NCBI GenBank assembly: GCA_038108555.1
Contig: JAYNIA010000031.1
Location: forward strand, 1 to 30,869
Direction: 5' to 3'
Length of the DNA stretch: 30,869 nucleotides
DNA from: Nitrospinota bacterium
Lineage (GTDB): Bacteria > Nitrospinota > Nitrospinia > Nitrospinales > VA-1
A program made the translations under genes and the position numbers. The notes below the pieces were generated by a model. That model was not told where the DNA came from. It worked only from the letters and a program-made list of their open reading frames with translations, and did not search any database. Of this stretch, positions 17,938 to 27,090 are shown piece after piece. Each line of letters begins with the position of its first letter. Position 1 is the first letter of the stretch.

Positions 17938-19431
17938 ATGAAATCCCAAATCACTTTATTCCTTTTTTTTGTTTCCGTGTATTGCCTGACAAGTCAGGGG
18001 TCCATTCAATCGAGCGATGGCAAAATCATGTATTTGCTGACCCAGGCAATGGTTGAGGAGCAAAGCCTTAGTTTTTCAGAATCCGTAACCGATTTGGACA
18101 GCAAGGAGCCTCAATATTCCAAATATGGTTTGGGAATGAGCGTGCTCGCCATGCCTTTTTATCTATTGGGAAAAGGGCTGTCCGCCGTTTTGGGAATTGA
18201 GGAGTCTATGGCCACCCAGTTCACTGTCAGTATGATTAACGCACTCCTCACCGCACTCAGTTGCGTTATGGTTTTCAGTATTTCCCTGAAACGATTGAAC
18301 TTTCGCTATTCTACCGGATTGTTTCTCTCTTTAGGATTCGGGTTGTCCACGATTGCCTGGTATTACTCGGAAGACTTCATGAGCGAGCCTGCCACTACTC
18401 TTTTTCTATTATGCGCAGTTTATTTCGCCACGGATACGGATGAAAGCCGAAAAAAGAAGACTTTATTACTCGCGGGAACCTTTCTTGCCATTGCCATATT
18501 CTGCCGCATGGCCTCTTTGTTAGCCGTCCCCGGTTTTGTTATTTACCAGTGGATGGTTTGGAAAAATTCGGGACAGAGAGAAATACGTGAATTCTGGGAG
18601 GACATTTTCCGTGCGGCCCTGCCTGTTATTTTAATCATGATGGTTATCATGTCCTACAACTACATCCGCTTCGAAGATGTGTTTGAATCGGGCTATGAAA
18701 AGGATGGGTTCGGAGGAAATTTTTTTACAGGTCTTTACGGAATTCTTCTGTCACCCGGGAAGTCTTTGTTCTTATACAATCCATTGACCCTTTTGGGTTG
18801 CTTCGCCTTCACCTGGTTTTGGGTTCGGGATAAAAAACTGGTAATACTTTTTGGCTGGCTGGTTATTTCTCATTTATTGATGTTTTCCTTTTGGCATAGC
18901 TGGCCGGGGGGAATGGGCTGGGGACCCCGGTTGATGCTCGTGGTGGTTCCGTATCTGATTCTCCCAGTTGGATATTTATGGGAAGAATATGCCAATAAAG
19001 CAAAAATACCCCTGGTGGCCGCGTTGTTGCTAGGGATAATGATCCAGATACCCTCATTGATGGTCAACGCTTCCAGGTATTATTACGAAATGAGCCAGAA
19101 GTTCGGTCCATCGGGTCATGAGATACTTCTTTTTTCTGCCCGACAATCTCCTTTAATAGGTCAATTCAAACAAGTGGCCATCGTTTTTGAAAAATTGAAT
19201 GATGATCTACAGATGGAAAAAATGGTTTCTTTTGCCCGGGACAAGAAAAAGTTCCTCGGTGAAGATATAAATGTTGTTTTGGAAAATGGTTTGGCAGTAA
19301 ATTCCCCCAATTTTTGGTGGTACTATATGCGCTTGTTCGGGTATTCTTTTATTTTCTGGCTGGTTCCGCCCCTACTATTTGCAGGCCTTATGATTGTCAG
19401 CGGCTATCAACTAATAAAAGAATTAAAATAG
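17938..19431 (+). CDS. Polytopic membrane protein, GT-C-fold (lipid-carrier-dependent, ArnT/PMT-like) glycosyltransferase
   Basis: More than 10 hydrophobic segments, an acidic residue after TM1 (SSDG), YSKYGLG, FMSEP, LLSPGKSLFLYNP and WPGGMGWGPRL. Confidence 0.65.
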   Translation: MKSQITLFLFFVSVYCLTSQGSIQSSDGKIMYLLTQAMVEEQSLSFSESVTDLDSKEPQYSKYGLGMSVLAMPFYLLGKGLSAVLGIEESMATQFTVSMINALLTALSCVMVFSISLKRLNFRYSTGLFLSLGFGLSTIAWYYSEDFMSEPATTLFLLCAVYFATDTDESRKKKTLLLAGTFLAIAIFCRMASLLAVPGFVIYQWMVWKNSGQREIREFWEDIFRAALPVILIMMVIMSYNYIRFEDVFESGYEKDGFGGNFFTGLYGILLSPGKSLFLYNPLTLLGCFAFTWFWVRDKKLVILFGWLVISHLLMFSFWHSWPGGMGWGPRLMLVVVPYLILPVGYLWEEYANKAKIPLVAALLLGIMIQIPSLMVNASRYYYEMSQKFGPSGHEILLFSARQSPLIGQFKQVAIVFEKLNDDLQMEKMVSFARDKKKFLGEDINVVLENGLAVNSPNFWWYYMRLFGYSFIFWLVPPLLFAGLMIVSGYQLIKELK

Positions 19432-19461
19432 GAAATAACCTAAATAAATTTTAAGGAAGCT

Positions 19462-21522
19462 ATGGAAAACAAATGGAATGATTCATCGGCTCAGGAAGCC
19501 ATTAAAAAATATGGTGATGTCCATGAAGATATTGCCCTTCGTGTTTATACCTCACGATTGATTGGTGCTGATCCTGCGTTAGTCCTTCATGGGGGAGGGA
19601 ATACTTCGGTAAAATCTAAAACCAAAAATAAAGTGAATGAAGAAGTCGATGTCCTTTATGTAAAAGGCAGCGGATGGGACCTGGACACCCTGGAACCGCC
19701 CGGACTCCCGGGCGTCCTTTTAGACCACTTGATTAAATTAAGGGATCTGGATGCTTTAAGTGACGAAGATATGGTCAACGAACAAAGGACGCATCTTTTA
19801 GACGCATCTTCACCCAATCCTTCGGTGGAAACCCTGCTGCACGCTTTTTTGCCGCATAAATTTATCGACCATTCCCATGCCGATGCCAGCCTGATCATTG
19901 CCAATCAACCCGACGCGGAAGAACTCTGTCGTAAAATTTATGGCGACACCATTGGAATCGTCCCCTACATTATGCCGGGATTTGCGTTGGCCAAGGCAGC
20001 CGCTGAGGTTTATGAAAAAGATAAAAATGTTGAGGGGCTGATGCTCATCAATCATGGCTTGTTCACATTTGGCTCAACAGCAAAAGAAAGTTATGACCGG
20101 CATATCAATGCAGTGACAAAAGCAGAAGAATACATTGCTGAAAAACAACCCAAAGCCCTGACCCCGCTGGAAGGTCCAGCAGTTAGTGCAGGGGAAAAAA
20201 ATATTCTCAATGCCCTGGCTCCCATGCTTCGCGGATTGTATGAACAAAAATCCGGAAAGTCCTGGGTCGTCCATCATCGAAAAGACGAAAAAGCCAAAGC
20301 ATTTGCCTCAAGCCAGGAATGTGTCACCTGGTCGCAAGTGGGGACTGCCACCCCTGACCATGTCATTCGTACCAAACAAAAACCGTTGTTGTTAAATTTG
20401 AAACAATGGCAGGAGGAAGTGGAACTGCGGGAAGAAGTGACTTCGGCGCTGGAAACCTACTACGAAAATTATCACCAGTATTTTAAAACCAATAAAGATG
20501 CCAAAGGAGTGGATAAAACCGAACTAGACCCTTTGCCAAGGGTAATTTTGGTCGCAGGCCTGGGCCTGCTTACCATTGGTAAAACGGTGAAGGAAACAAA
20601 AATCTCGGCTGATATTTACCAGCACACCATCGATATCATCCATAAATCTTTTTCCGTAGGAGATTACGCTCCATTAAAGTCGGATGACCTGTTTGACATG
20701 GAATACTGGTCTTTGGAACAGGCGAAGCTGGGAAAAAGCAAAGCTCCGGCACTTCAAGGAAAGGTGGCCTATATCACTGGAGCGGCCTCGGGGATCGGTC
20801 TGGCAACCGCCCGGTTGTTTGCCGAACAGGGGGCAAATCTTTATCTGGTCGACTTGTCCGAAGACAAACTCAACGAAGCAGCAGACGCGATCCGCAAAAA
20901 AACCAAGGTGGGTGTTACAGCCCGAGGATTAAATGTAACTGATGAAGATGCGGTCAAAGATTCTTTTGCAGAAGCGGTCTCCACCTATGGAGGCGTTGAC
21001 TTTTTAATATCCAATGCCGGTAACGCGGTGCAGGGGGCCATTGGTGGCATCGACCTGAAAACACTGCGCGAAAGTTTTGAGTTGAACTTTTTTGCACATC
21101 AGGTATTGGCTTCAGAAGCGGTACGTCTTTTTTTAACCCAGCAAACCGGAGGCGTGCTTTTATTCAATGCATCCAAAGCCGCATTCAATCCAGGAAAAGA
21201 TTTTGGTCCCTACGCATTGCCGAAAGCCGCCATGGTAGCCTTGACCAAACAATACGCTCTCGATTACGGGCAGTATGGAATCCGTTCCAACGCCATCAAT
21301 GCCGACCGTATTCGTACCGGTTTGTTCTCTGAAGATGTCGTGACAGAACGTGCAGCAGCGCGGGGGCTTTCTGCGGATGATTATTTCAAGTCCAATCTTT
21401 TAAAACAGGAAGTTTTCGATACGGATGTGGCTCAAGGGTTTCTCAATCTCGCCCTCGCTGAGAAAACCACCGGAAGTATTCTCACCATTGACGGAGGCAA
21501 CATTGCCGCAAGCCCCCGCTAG
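19462..21522 (+). CDS. Bifunctional class II aldolase / short-chain dehydrogenase (RhaD-SDR fusion, YuxG-like)
   Basis: HGGGNTSVK, PSVETLLHAFLPHKFIDHSHAD, NHGL, TPDH and EYWSLEQAKL. SDR part: ITGAASGIG, NAG, NASK and YxxxK (YALPK). AAGGAAG SD. Confidence 0.9.
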   Translation: MENKWNDSSAQEAIKKYGDVHEDIALRVYTSRLIGADPALVLHGGGNTSVKSKTKNKVNEEVDVLYVKGSGWDLDTLEPPGLPGVLLDHLIKLRDLDALSDEDMVNEQRTHLLDASSPNPSVETLLHAFLPHKFIDHSHADASLIIANQPDAEELCRKIYGDTIGIVPYIMPGFALAKAAAEVYEKDKNVEGLMLINHGLFTFGSTAKESYDRHINAVTKAEEYIAEKQPKALTPLEGPAVSAGEKNILNALAPMLRGLYEQKSGKSWVVHHRKDEKAKAFASSQECVTWSQVGTATPDHVIRTKQKPLLLNLKQWQEEVELREEVTSALETYYENYHQYFKTNKDAKGVDKTELDPLPRVILVAGLGLLTIGKTVKETKISADIYQHTIDIIHKSFSVGDYAPLKSDDLFDMEYWSLEQAKLGKSKAPALQGKVAYITGAASGIGLATARLFAEQGANLYLVDLSEDKLNEAADAIRKKTKVGVTARGLNVTDEDAVKDSFAEAVSTYGGVDFLISNAGNAVQGAIGGIDLKTLRESFELNFFAHQVLASEAVRLFLTQQTGGVLLFNASKAAFNPGKDFGPYALPKAAMVALTKQYALDYGQYGIRSNAINADRIRTGLFSEDVVTERAAARGLSADDYFKSNLLKQEVFDTDVAQGFLNLALAEKTTGSILTIDGGNIAASPR

Positions 21523-21543
21523 CCGGCGAGGCCGCCGGAGGCA
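21523..21543 (-). repeat. GC-rich REP-like palindromic unit (copy 2, inverted relative to 5547-5566)
   Basis: CCGGC-GAG-GCCGCCGGAGGCA immediately after the aldolase/SDR stop codon. Confidence 0.55.
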
Positions 21544-21671
21544 GTCAGGTGTGGGGCAAGTGGGTAAATTCTTTTATAAACCCAAAGCGGCCATTAAACA
21601 AATTTATAAAAATAGGTAGTTCAATTTCTTCAACGGGTTTCATAGTTCTGTAAATAAGACTGAGTGATTTC

Positions 21672-22808
21672 TTAATTCAGTGCGGCCATAAAAATCATCC
21701 CAAGTATAAAGCCAAGGGGCAAAGTAGTAACCCAGGCTAGCAGGACCTGATATAAGATTTCGAGGTTGATATTTTTGCTGACAGCCCCAATTCCAAATAT
21801 AGAACCGCATGAAACATGAGTGGTTGATACGGGTACTCCCAGCCTGCTGGCTCCCAAAACCAGTATTCCTGTAATCAAATTAGCTGTGAATCCTTGCCCG
21901 GGATTCATTGTGGTTACTTTTTTGCCCATCGTTTCCGCAATTCCTTTTGAGTGTATAAGCCCACCAATCACCACGGCAGTACCCACAAGGAAAATAGACA
22001 AATTCAGGTCGAACCTTGATCCGATCAGCAGGAGCGCCGCTATTTTAGGGGTATCGTTCAACCCTCTTGTGGCACAAACCAATCCACTACTTAGAAAATG
22101 CAACACGTCCAGAATTTTCCGGGCGGAAATTCCCGCAATATTTCCTGAATAAGAAGAGCGGCAATAGGCTTCGTTGGCAATGACTGCCTTTGGAAGCGTG
22201 AGGGATTCTTGATAGGTGTTTATAAAATCTTCTTTGGTGGCAGTGTGACTTGGAATGGTTGCAAACACTTTTTTTTCGATGCAGATGCATGTTTCCTGTT
22301 CAATTTTTAACTGTTTCCTTAATCTTTTAAACAGGGGATAAATCATAAATGCAAGTACGAGTGAAAGTATGGGGCCTGCAATAAGCGGTAAAAAGAAAGC
22401 TTTGGAGAGCCGGGACCAGTCAATCCCAGCTTCTGAAGCGATCCATCCCGCCCCGGCCAGCGCTCCAATAAGTGAATGAGTGGTAGAAACCGGGAGTTTC
22501 AAAAAAGTGGCGAGCATGACGGTGATGGCTGCTCCCATTCCTACAGCAAGCGGAAAGTTTTTCATCTGGATAACAGGATCGGGAACAAGTCCCTTGCCTT
22601 TGAAAACAATGATCAGTTCGCCTGCCATATAGAGCGCCATCAAGCTTCCAAGCGCTGTGGTAAAGGTTGCCCAAATCAGAGCTTTTTTATAGTCGGTTGT
22701 GTTACTTCCATACAACGTGGCCACACCTTTGAAATTATCATTCGCTCCATTGGCGTAGGCTAAAAACAATGCGGACAGAAGTATGAAGGCCAAAAAAATG
22801 GTTTCCAT
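21672..22808 (-). CDS. PiT/PHO4-family anion transporter (phosphate or sulfate permease)
   Basis: PiT signatures ANGANDNFKG and RGLNDTPK, with duplicated LPVSTTHS and VPVSTTHV motifs. Confidence 0.88.
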   Translation of the reverse strand: METIFLAFILLSALFLAYANGANDNFKGVATLYGSNTTDYKKALIWATFTTALGSLMALYMAGELIIVFKGKGLVPDPVIQMKNFPLAVGMGAAITVMLATFLKLPVSTTHSLIGALAGAGWIASEAGIDWSRLSKAFFLPLIAGPILSLVLAFMIYPLFKRLRKQLKIEQETCICIEKKVFATIPSHTATKEDFINTYQESLTLPKAVIANEAYCRSSYSGNIAGISARKILDVLHFLSSGLVCATRGLNDTPKIAALLLIGSRFDLNLSIFLVGTAVVIGGLIHSKGIAETMGKKVTTMNPGQGFTANLITGILVLGASRLGVPVSTTHVSCGSIFGIGAVSKNINLEILYQVLLAWVTTLPLGFILGMIFMAALN

Positions 22809-23002
22809 TCTAAAACCCTTTGCTTACTCTTATTCCCTTATTATGCCCTATAGGTAGATTGAAGGGTAGGTTGTTAGAAGATTGTCGCTTCACCGGCAAA
22901 AACCTTACTTCCCGGGTCCTGATTTGAACCTAAAGGAAAGAAAAAAGTAGCCTTTATGTCCGCTATTGGCCGTTTCCAGACAAAGGAGATGTGGTATCAG
23001 AA

Positions 23003-23740
23003 CTAATAATCTGTTATCTCTCCGCCGGAAATTCGCCGAGGTTCTTTATTGAATTCCAAAGGATGATCCGTGCCGGGGAGGATCGTGCCGTCCGGGGAGT
23101 ACGGGCCGATCTTACTCCACGTCCCCGCCTGATGTTCCGAGACGTATTCCATTTTCAGAATGGCCTTTGGATTTTTATAGCCGTATTTGGAAGGCGCGAT
23201 CAGTCGCAAGGGGTATCCGTGCGCATCTGTCAGCGGTTCCCCGTTCATGGAATGGACCAGAAGGACCCGTTCCTGATTAACCTCTTCCCGTGTAAGATAT
23301 TCTTTATATTCATCCCCGCAATGAAACAAAATTCCCTTTGCCTCGGGCTGGGGACGAACGATTTGTTCCAATTCACTGACAGGAAACCCCGACCAGGTCG
23401 CCCGTGCCGACCAGCATTCGACACATTTCATTCGCGAAGATTGTGAAATGGTGTTGAAGGATTTCAGTTGGTCGAGGGAGAAAGATTGCGGAACGTCACA
23501 GAGTCCCGTGATTTTCAGTTTCCACGCCTTGCCGTCGATGCGGCGCATCGGTTTCCAGAAGTTGATGTAGAAATTTTTAAATTTTCCTTCCCGTGTTTTA
23601 CCGATAAAGTTTGTCCCTTCATAGGTGTGCAGTTCCTCTGCTTTGGATGAACCGCGAAGCAAATTCCAGAAAAAGAGGGCACATGCCCATAAACTTCCTT
23701 TTAGAAAAATACGGCGTGTTAATTTTTCTAACGTGCGCAT
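23003..23740 (-). CDS. Tat-exported molybdopterin-dependent oxidoreductase, sulfite oxidase family (MsrP/YedY-like)
   Basis: Twin-arginine TRRIFLK, Mo-ligand Cys in RMKCVECWS, WSG, and MNGEPL..HGYPLRLIAPSKYGYKNPKAI. Confidence 0.85.
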   Translation of the reverse strand: MRTLEKLTRRIFLKGSLWACALFFWNLLRGSSKAEELHTYEGTNFIGKTREGKFKNFYINFWKPMRRIDGKAWKLKITGLCDVPQSFSLDQLKSFNTISQSSRMKCVECWSARATWSGFPVSELEQIVRPQPEAKGILFHCGDEYKEYLTREEVNQERVLLVHSMNGEPLTDAHGYPLRLIAPSKYGYKNPKAILKMEYVSEHQAGTWSKIGPYSPDGTILPGTDHPLEFNKEPRRISGGEITDY

Positions 23741-24372
23741 CGAAATCCCAGAAAAGGCAACCTGCTTGACGGGTCAATCAGATTGCAGTCGAAGGTTTTG
23801 CTGAATTCGTATTCCAGGTGAAAATTCCAGAGTCCGCCACGTGTCACTTTTTTTCCTTCAGCTTCACTGGCCGTCCACTCCCAGACGGAACCAGCCAGAT
23901 CCCGCACCCCGTAAGGTGAGCTGTCTTTTTTATTAAGTCCCACCCTGCGTTTGATCAATCCGGAATAGAAGGGATGCGCTTTCTTTTTCGGTCTTTTGTT
24001 TCCCCATGGATAAATTCTTGCCTCTTCCCCACGTGCTGCTTTTTCCCATTCCTCTTCCGTAGGCAGACGTTTGCCAAGGTTGGTGCAGTAAGATTGAGCT
24101 TCCTGCCAGGTGACGTTTGTCACCGGATGATTGCCGGCATTTTCCCAGAAAGAATGTTCCGGAAATTGTTTGGCAAATTCTGCGTTGGTAACTTCGTAAC
24201 GGTCTATGGAAAATTCATCCAGATGCATTTTGTGCTGGGATACTGCATAGCGGTCATTATCATCTCCCATCACAAATTCCCCGGAGGGTATTTTTATCAT
24301 TTCTGATGCAATGGAAAGTTTTGTTGTTAAAGAGAGAAGTAGGAAAAAAGCCAAACTTGAGAGTTTAAACAT
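23728..24372 (-). CDS. Secreted FGE-sulfatase (SUMF1/formylglycine-generating-enzyme-like) domain protein
   Basis: Signal peptide, IPSGEFVMG, IDRYEVTN, HPVTNVTW, RLPTEEEWEKAARG, YPWG, DLAGSVWEW, RGG and GFRCAR. Confidence 0.88.
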   Translation of the reverse strand: MFKLSSLAFFLLLSLTTKLSIASEMIKIPSGEFVMGDDNDRYAVSQHKMHLDEFSIDRYEVTNAEFAKQFPEHSFWENAGNHPVTNVTWQEAQSYCTNLGKRLPTEEEWEKAARGEEARIYPWGNKRPKKKAHPFYSGLIKRRVGLNKKDSSPYGVRDLAGSVWEWTASEAEGKKVTRGGLWNFHLEYEFSKTFDCNLIDPSSRLPFLGFRCAR

Positions 24373-24380
24373 GCCTTGGA

Positions 24381-25196
24381 TTAAAAATAGGCTTGATAGG
24401 CATTGTAAAAATATTTGGAATCGGGAGTGCTTGGATAATGTTTCAAAATGTCGACTTCGTATAAAGTCCTTTGGAGAGTAATTTCGATTGCATATCTTGC
24501 TTCACTGGTTCCGGGAATGGAATGATGAAGAGCTTCAGTATAAAAAAGTACCGCGAAACCTGGTTTTTCGCTGTCAAATACTTCTTCTTCAATTTTAACC
24601 TTGCCACAAGCGTCATTAAGCGGCTTCAGATAAACCATACATTTGAAATGCCCCGGAGGGTAACCGTCTCGGTGAACTCTGTCCGGGCCACGATATTCAC
24701 CTTCAGAGTCCTGGATTAGCTCTATGTTAGGTTTGGTTACCCTTGCATTTAAATTAACAACCGTAAAAGGGGATTTTAAATAATCTTTGAATATGGGTTT
24801 TAATTTTTTTAAGAAAAAATCGTACTTCCCCTTTTCAATCTCAAAGTAGGTTGTGGTTTTATTCATTTGCTCATATAAATTTTTATCCGGTTTTGGGGGG
24901 CCTCTTTTACCTTTAACTTGATGGTCGGGTGACAGTTTATCTTTTTTTGAGGTGTCCAGTATATTTTTCAGTTGATCAATGTCTTCCTGGTCTATATGAA
25001 AACCAAAAACGTTTTTTTTATGTTTCCCGTAAACCATTGAAATCATCCAATCGTGAATAATGAAGGATGCATTCCTCCTCCAAATCTCTATTTTCCCCTT
25101 TAATTTTTCGGAAAAGTCTTTGAAAGAAGAAATATTCCTGATCTTATTTAAATAGGATGATTTTGGTAATTCGATTTGTTGTTCTTCCGATGCCAT
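24381..25196 (-). CDS. Hypothetical protein, probable 2-oxoglutarate/Fe(II) dioxygenase (DSBH) C-terminal domain; AT-rich gene
   Basis: HxD (VHRDG, 24666-24674), then KCMVYL, PG..VLF, distal His (ALHHS) and Arg (ARYAIEI), with facial-triad spacing. GGAG SD upstream. Confidence 0.6.
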   Translation of the reverse strand: MASEEQQIELPKSSYLNKIRNISSFKDFSEKLKGKIEIWRRNASFIIHDWMISMVYGKHKKNVFGFHIDQEDIDQLKNILDTSKKDKLSPDHQVKGKRGPPKPDKNLYEQMNKTTTYFEIEKGKYDFFLKKLKPIFKDYLKSPFTVVNLNARVTKPNIELIQDSEGEYRGPDRVHRDGYPPGHFKCMVYLKPLNDACGKVKIEEEVFDSEKPGFAVLFYTEALHHSIPGTSEARYAIEITLQRTLYEVDILKHYPSTPDSKYFYNAYQAYF

Positions 25197-25516
25197 TTTC
25201 TAATCCACTCCTTGGTGGCTTTACTTTGTTGATGGGAGTAATTTAGTAAGTAAAAAATATGTTGTTCAAAAACAACCTGAAAACATCATTTTTTACTTAT
25301 TATATTGATGAGCGTTTCATATGAAATATTCCCAAACCCTTGTATTTTTTTCAGGAAGCGATTTAATTTCATCACTTAGGCTTGAAAGGGTTGCTGGTTT
25401 CGGCTGCCTTTCAATCTGAATATAATGAAAAACAGCTTTAAATTCAACGGTGAGTCCGGAGATTTACTTTTAGTAGAATTATTAAACTGTTTGTAAAAAA
25501 GCTGAAAAAGATAAAT

Positions 25517-27067
25517 TTACTCCCACTCGATAGTGCCGGGGGGTTTGGAGCTGATATCGTAGACCACGCGGTTGACTCCGTGGACCTCGTTGATGATGCG
25601 GTTGGAGAACTTTCCGAGCAATTCGTAAGGCAGGTGCGCCCAGTCTGCGGTCATACCATCGGTGCTGGTAACCGCGCGAATGGCAATCACGTTTTCGTAA
25701 GTGCGTGAGTCTCCCATAACCCCTACAGTTTTTACCGGAAGCAGAACCGCAAAGGATTGCCACAGGTCGTTGTAGAGTCCTGCTGCTTTGATTTCTTCGA
25801 GAATGATTTTGTCGGCAGCACAGAGGATGTCCAATCGTTCACGCGTAATGTTGCCCAGAATTCGTATCGCCAGTCCGGGACCGGGGAAAGGTTGGCGGTT
25901 GATGATTTCATCTGAGATGCCCATCTCTTTGCCCAATTCACGGACTTCATCTTTAAACAGTTCGCGAAAGGGTTCCAGCAGTTTCAGGTTCATTTTTTCC
26001 GGTAAGCCACCCACGTTATGATGCGACTTGATTACTGCAGAAGGTCCTTTGAAGGAAACCGATTCGATTACATCCGGATAAAGCGTTCCCTGTGCGAGAA
26101 ACGTGAAGTTGCCCAGACGCTTCGCCTCTTCCTCAAAAACATCGATGAAGGTGTTGCCAATGGACTTGCGTTTTTGTTCCGGATCGGTCACCCCCGTCAG
26201 TTTGTTCAGGAACTGGTCGGAAGCATCGATCACATCCAGGTTGATGTGGAAGTTGTCACGAAAGGTTTTTTCCACCTTTTCTCTTTCTCCGGTTCGCAGG
26301 AGTCCGTTGTCGACAAAAAGGCAATAAAGATTGTCGCCGATGGCTTTGTGGATCAATACTGCAGCGACTGAAGAATCCACACCGCCGCTGAGTCCACAGA
26401 TAACTTTTTCGTTGCCGACTTTTTGGCGAATATCATTGATCATGAATTCCACCAGCGATTCCATTTTCCAGTTGGCAGAGCATCCACAAATTTTAAACAG
26501 GAAATTCTTTAGAATTTTTTCGCCTTCAGCTGTGTGTACCACTTCAGGGTGAAACTGCAGGCCATAAATTTTTGCGATGGGATTCTCAATCGCGGCCATG
26601 GGCGAGTTTCCGGTAAAGGCGATGGACTTAAATTCATTAGGCAGTTTTGAGATTCGGTCTCCGTGACTCATCCAGACGGTGGAATTGTTCCTCACCTCTT
26701 CAAATAAATGAGAGAATTCTTTCAACATCAATTCAGCCCGACCAAATTCACGATGGTCTGATGGATTAACCTTTCCCCCAAGCATATGGGTGATCAACTG
26801 CATTCCATAGCAAATGCCCAGGACAGGAATTCCCAGTTCAAACAGTTTGGGATCGCATAGGGGAGATCCTGAATCCAGAACACTGGCTGGGCCGCCGGAT
26901 AGAACAATTCCCTTTGCCTTGAATTCCTTTATTTTTTCCAGCGACAGGGTGCAGGGATGAATTTCACAATACACCTGGCATTCGCGGATTTTGCGGGCGA
27001 TGTTTTGGGTGTACTGGGACCCAAAATCAAGGATAAGAACTTTCTGTTCGTGCAGTTGGTCAGTCAT
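25517..27067 (-). CDS. guaA: GMP synthase (glutamine-hydrolysing)
   Basis: [39 protein letters not shown] and KPPGTIEWE. Confidence 0.98.
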   Translation of the reverse strand: MTDQLHEQKVLILDFGSQYTQNIARKIRECQVYCEIHPCTLSLEKIKEFKAKGIVLSGGPASVLDSGSPLCDPKLFELGIPVLGICYGMQLITHMLGGKVNPSDHREFGRAELMLKEFSHLFEEVRNNSTVWMSHGDRISKLPNEFKSIAFTGNSPMAAIENPIAKIYGLQFHPEVVHTAEGEKILKNFLFKICGCSANWKMESLVEFMINDIRQKVGNEKVICGLSGGVDSSVAAVLIHKAIGDNLYCLFVDNGLLRTGEREKVEKTFRDNFHINLDVIDASDQFLNKLTGVTDPEQKRKSIGNTFIDVFEEEAKRLGNFTFLAQGTLYPDVIESVSFKGPSAVIKSHHNVGGLPEKMNLKLLEPFRELFKDEVRELGKEMGISDEIINRQPFPGPGLAIRILGNITRERLDILCAADKIILEEIKAAGLYNDLWQSFAVLLPVKTVGVMGDSRTYENVIAIRAVTSTDGMTADWAHLPYELLGKFSNRIINEVHGVNRVVYDISSKPPGTIEWE

Positions 27068-27090
27068 ACTGTGCGGGTAATAAAATGGAT

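Noticed and set aside
22991..23446. 151-aa plus-strand ORF with an upstream AAGGAG
   Set aside because: Almost entirely antisense to the well-supported Mo-oxidoreductase, with no recognisable motifs. Treated as a shadow ORF.
25421..25426. Perfect TATAAT pointing antisense into guaA
   Set aside because: No matching -35 or correctly placed TG extension, and it is expected by chance in AT-rich DNA.
21600..25520. Intact genomic island or prophage integrated at guaA
   Set aside because: No integrase, no phage genes, and no direct repeat of the guaA 3' end found at the far side.
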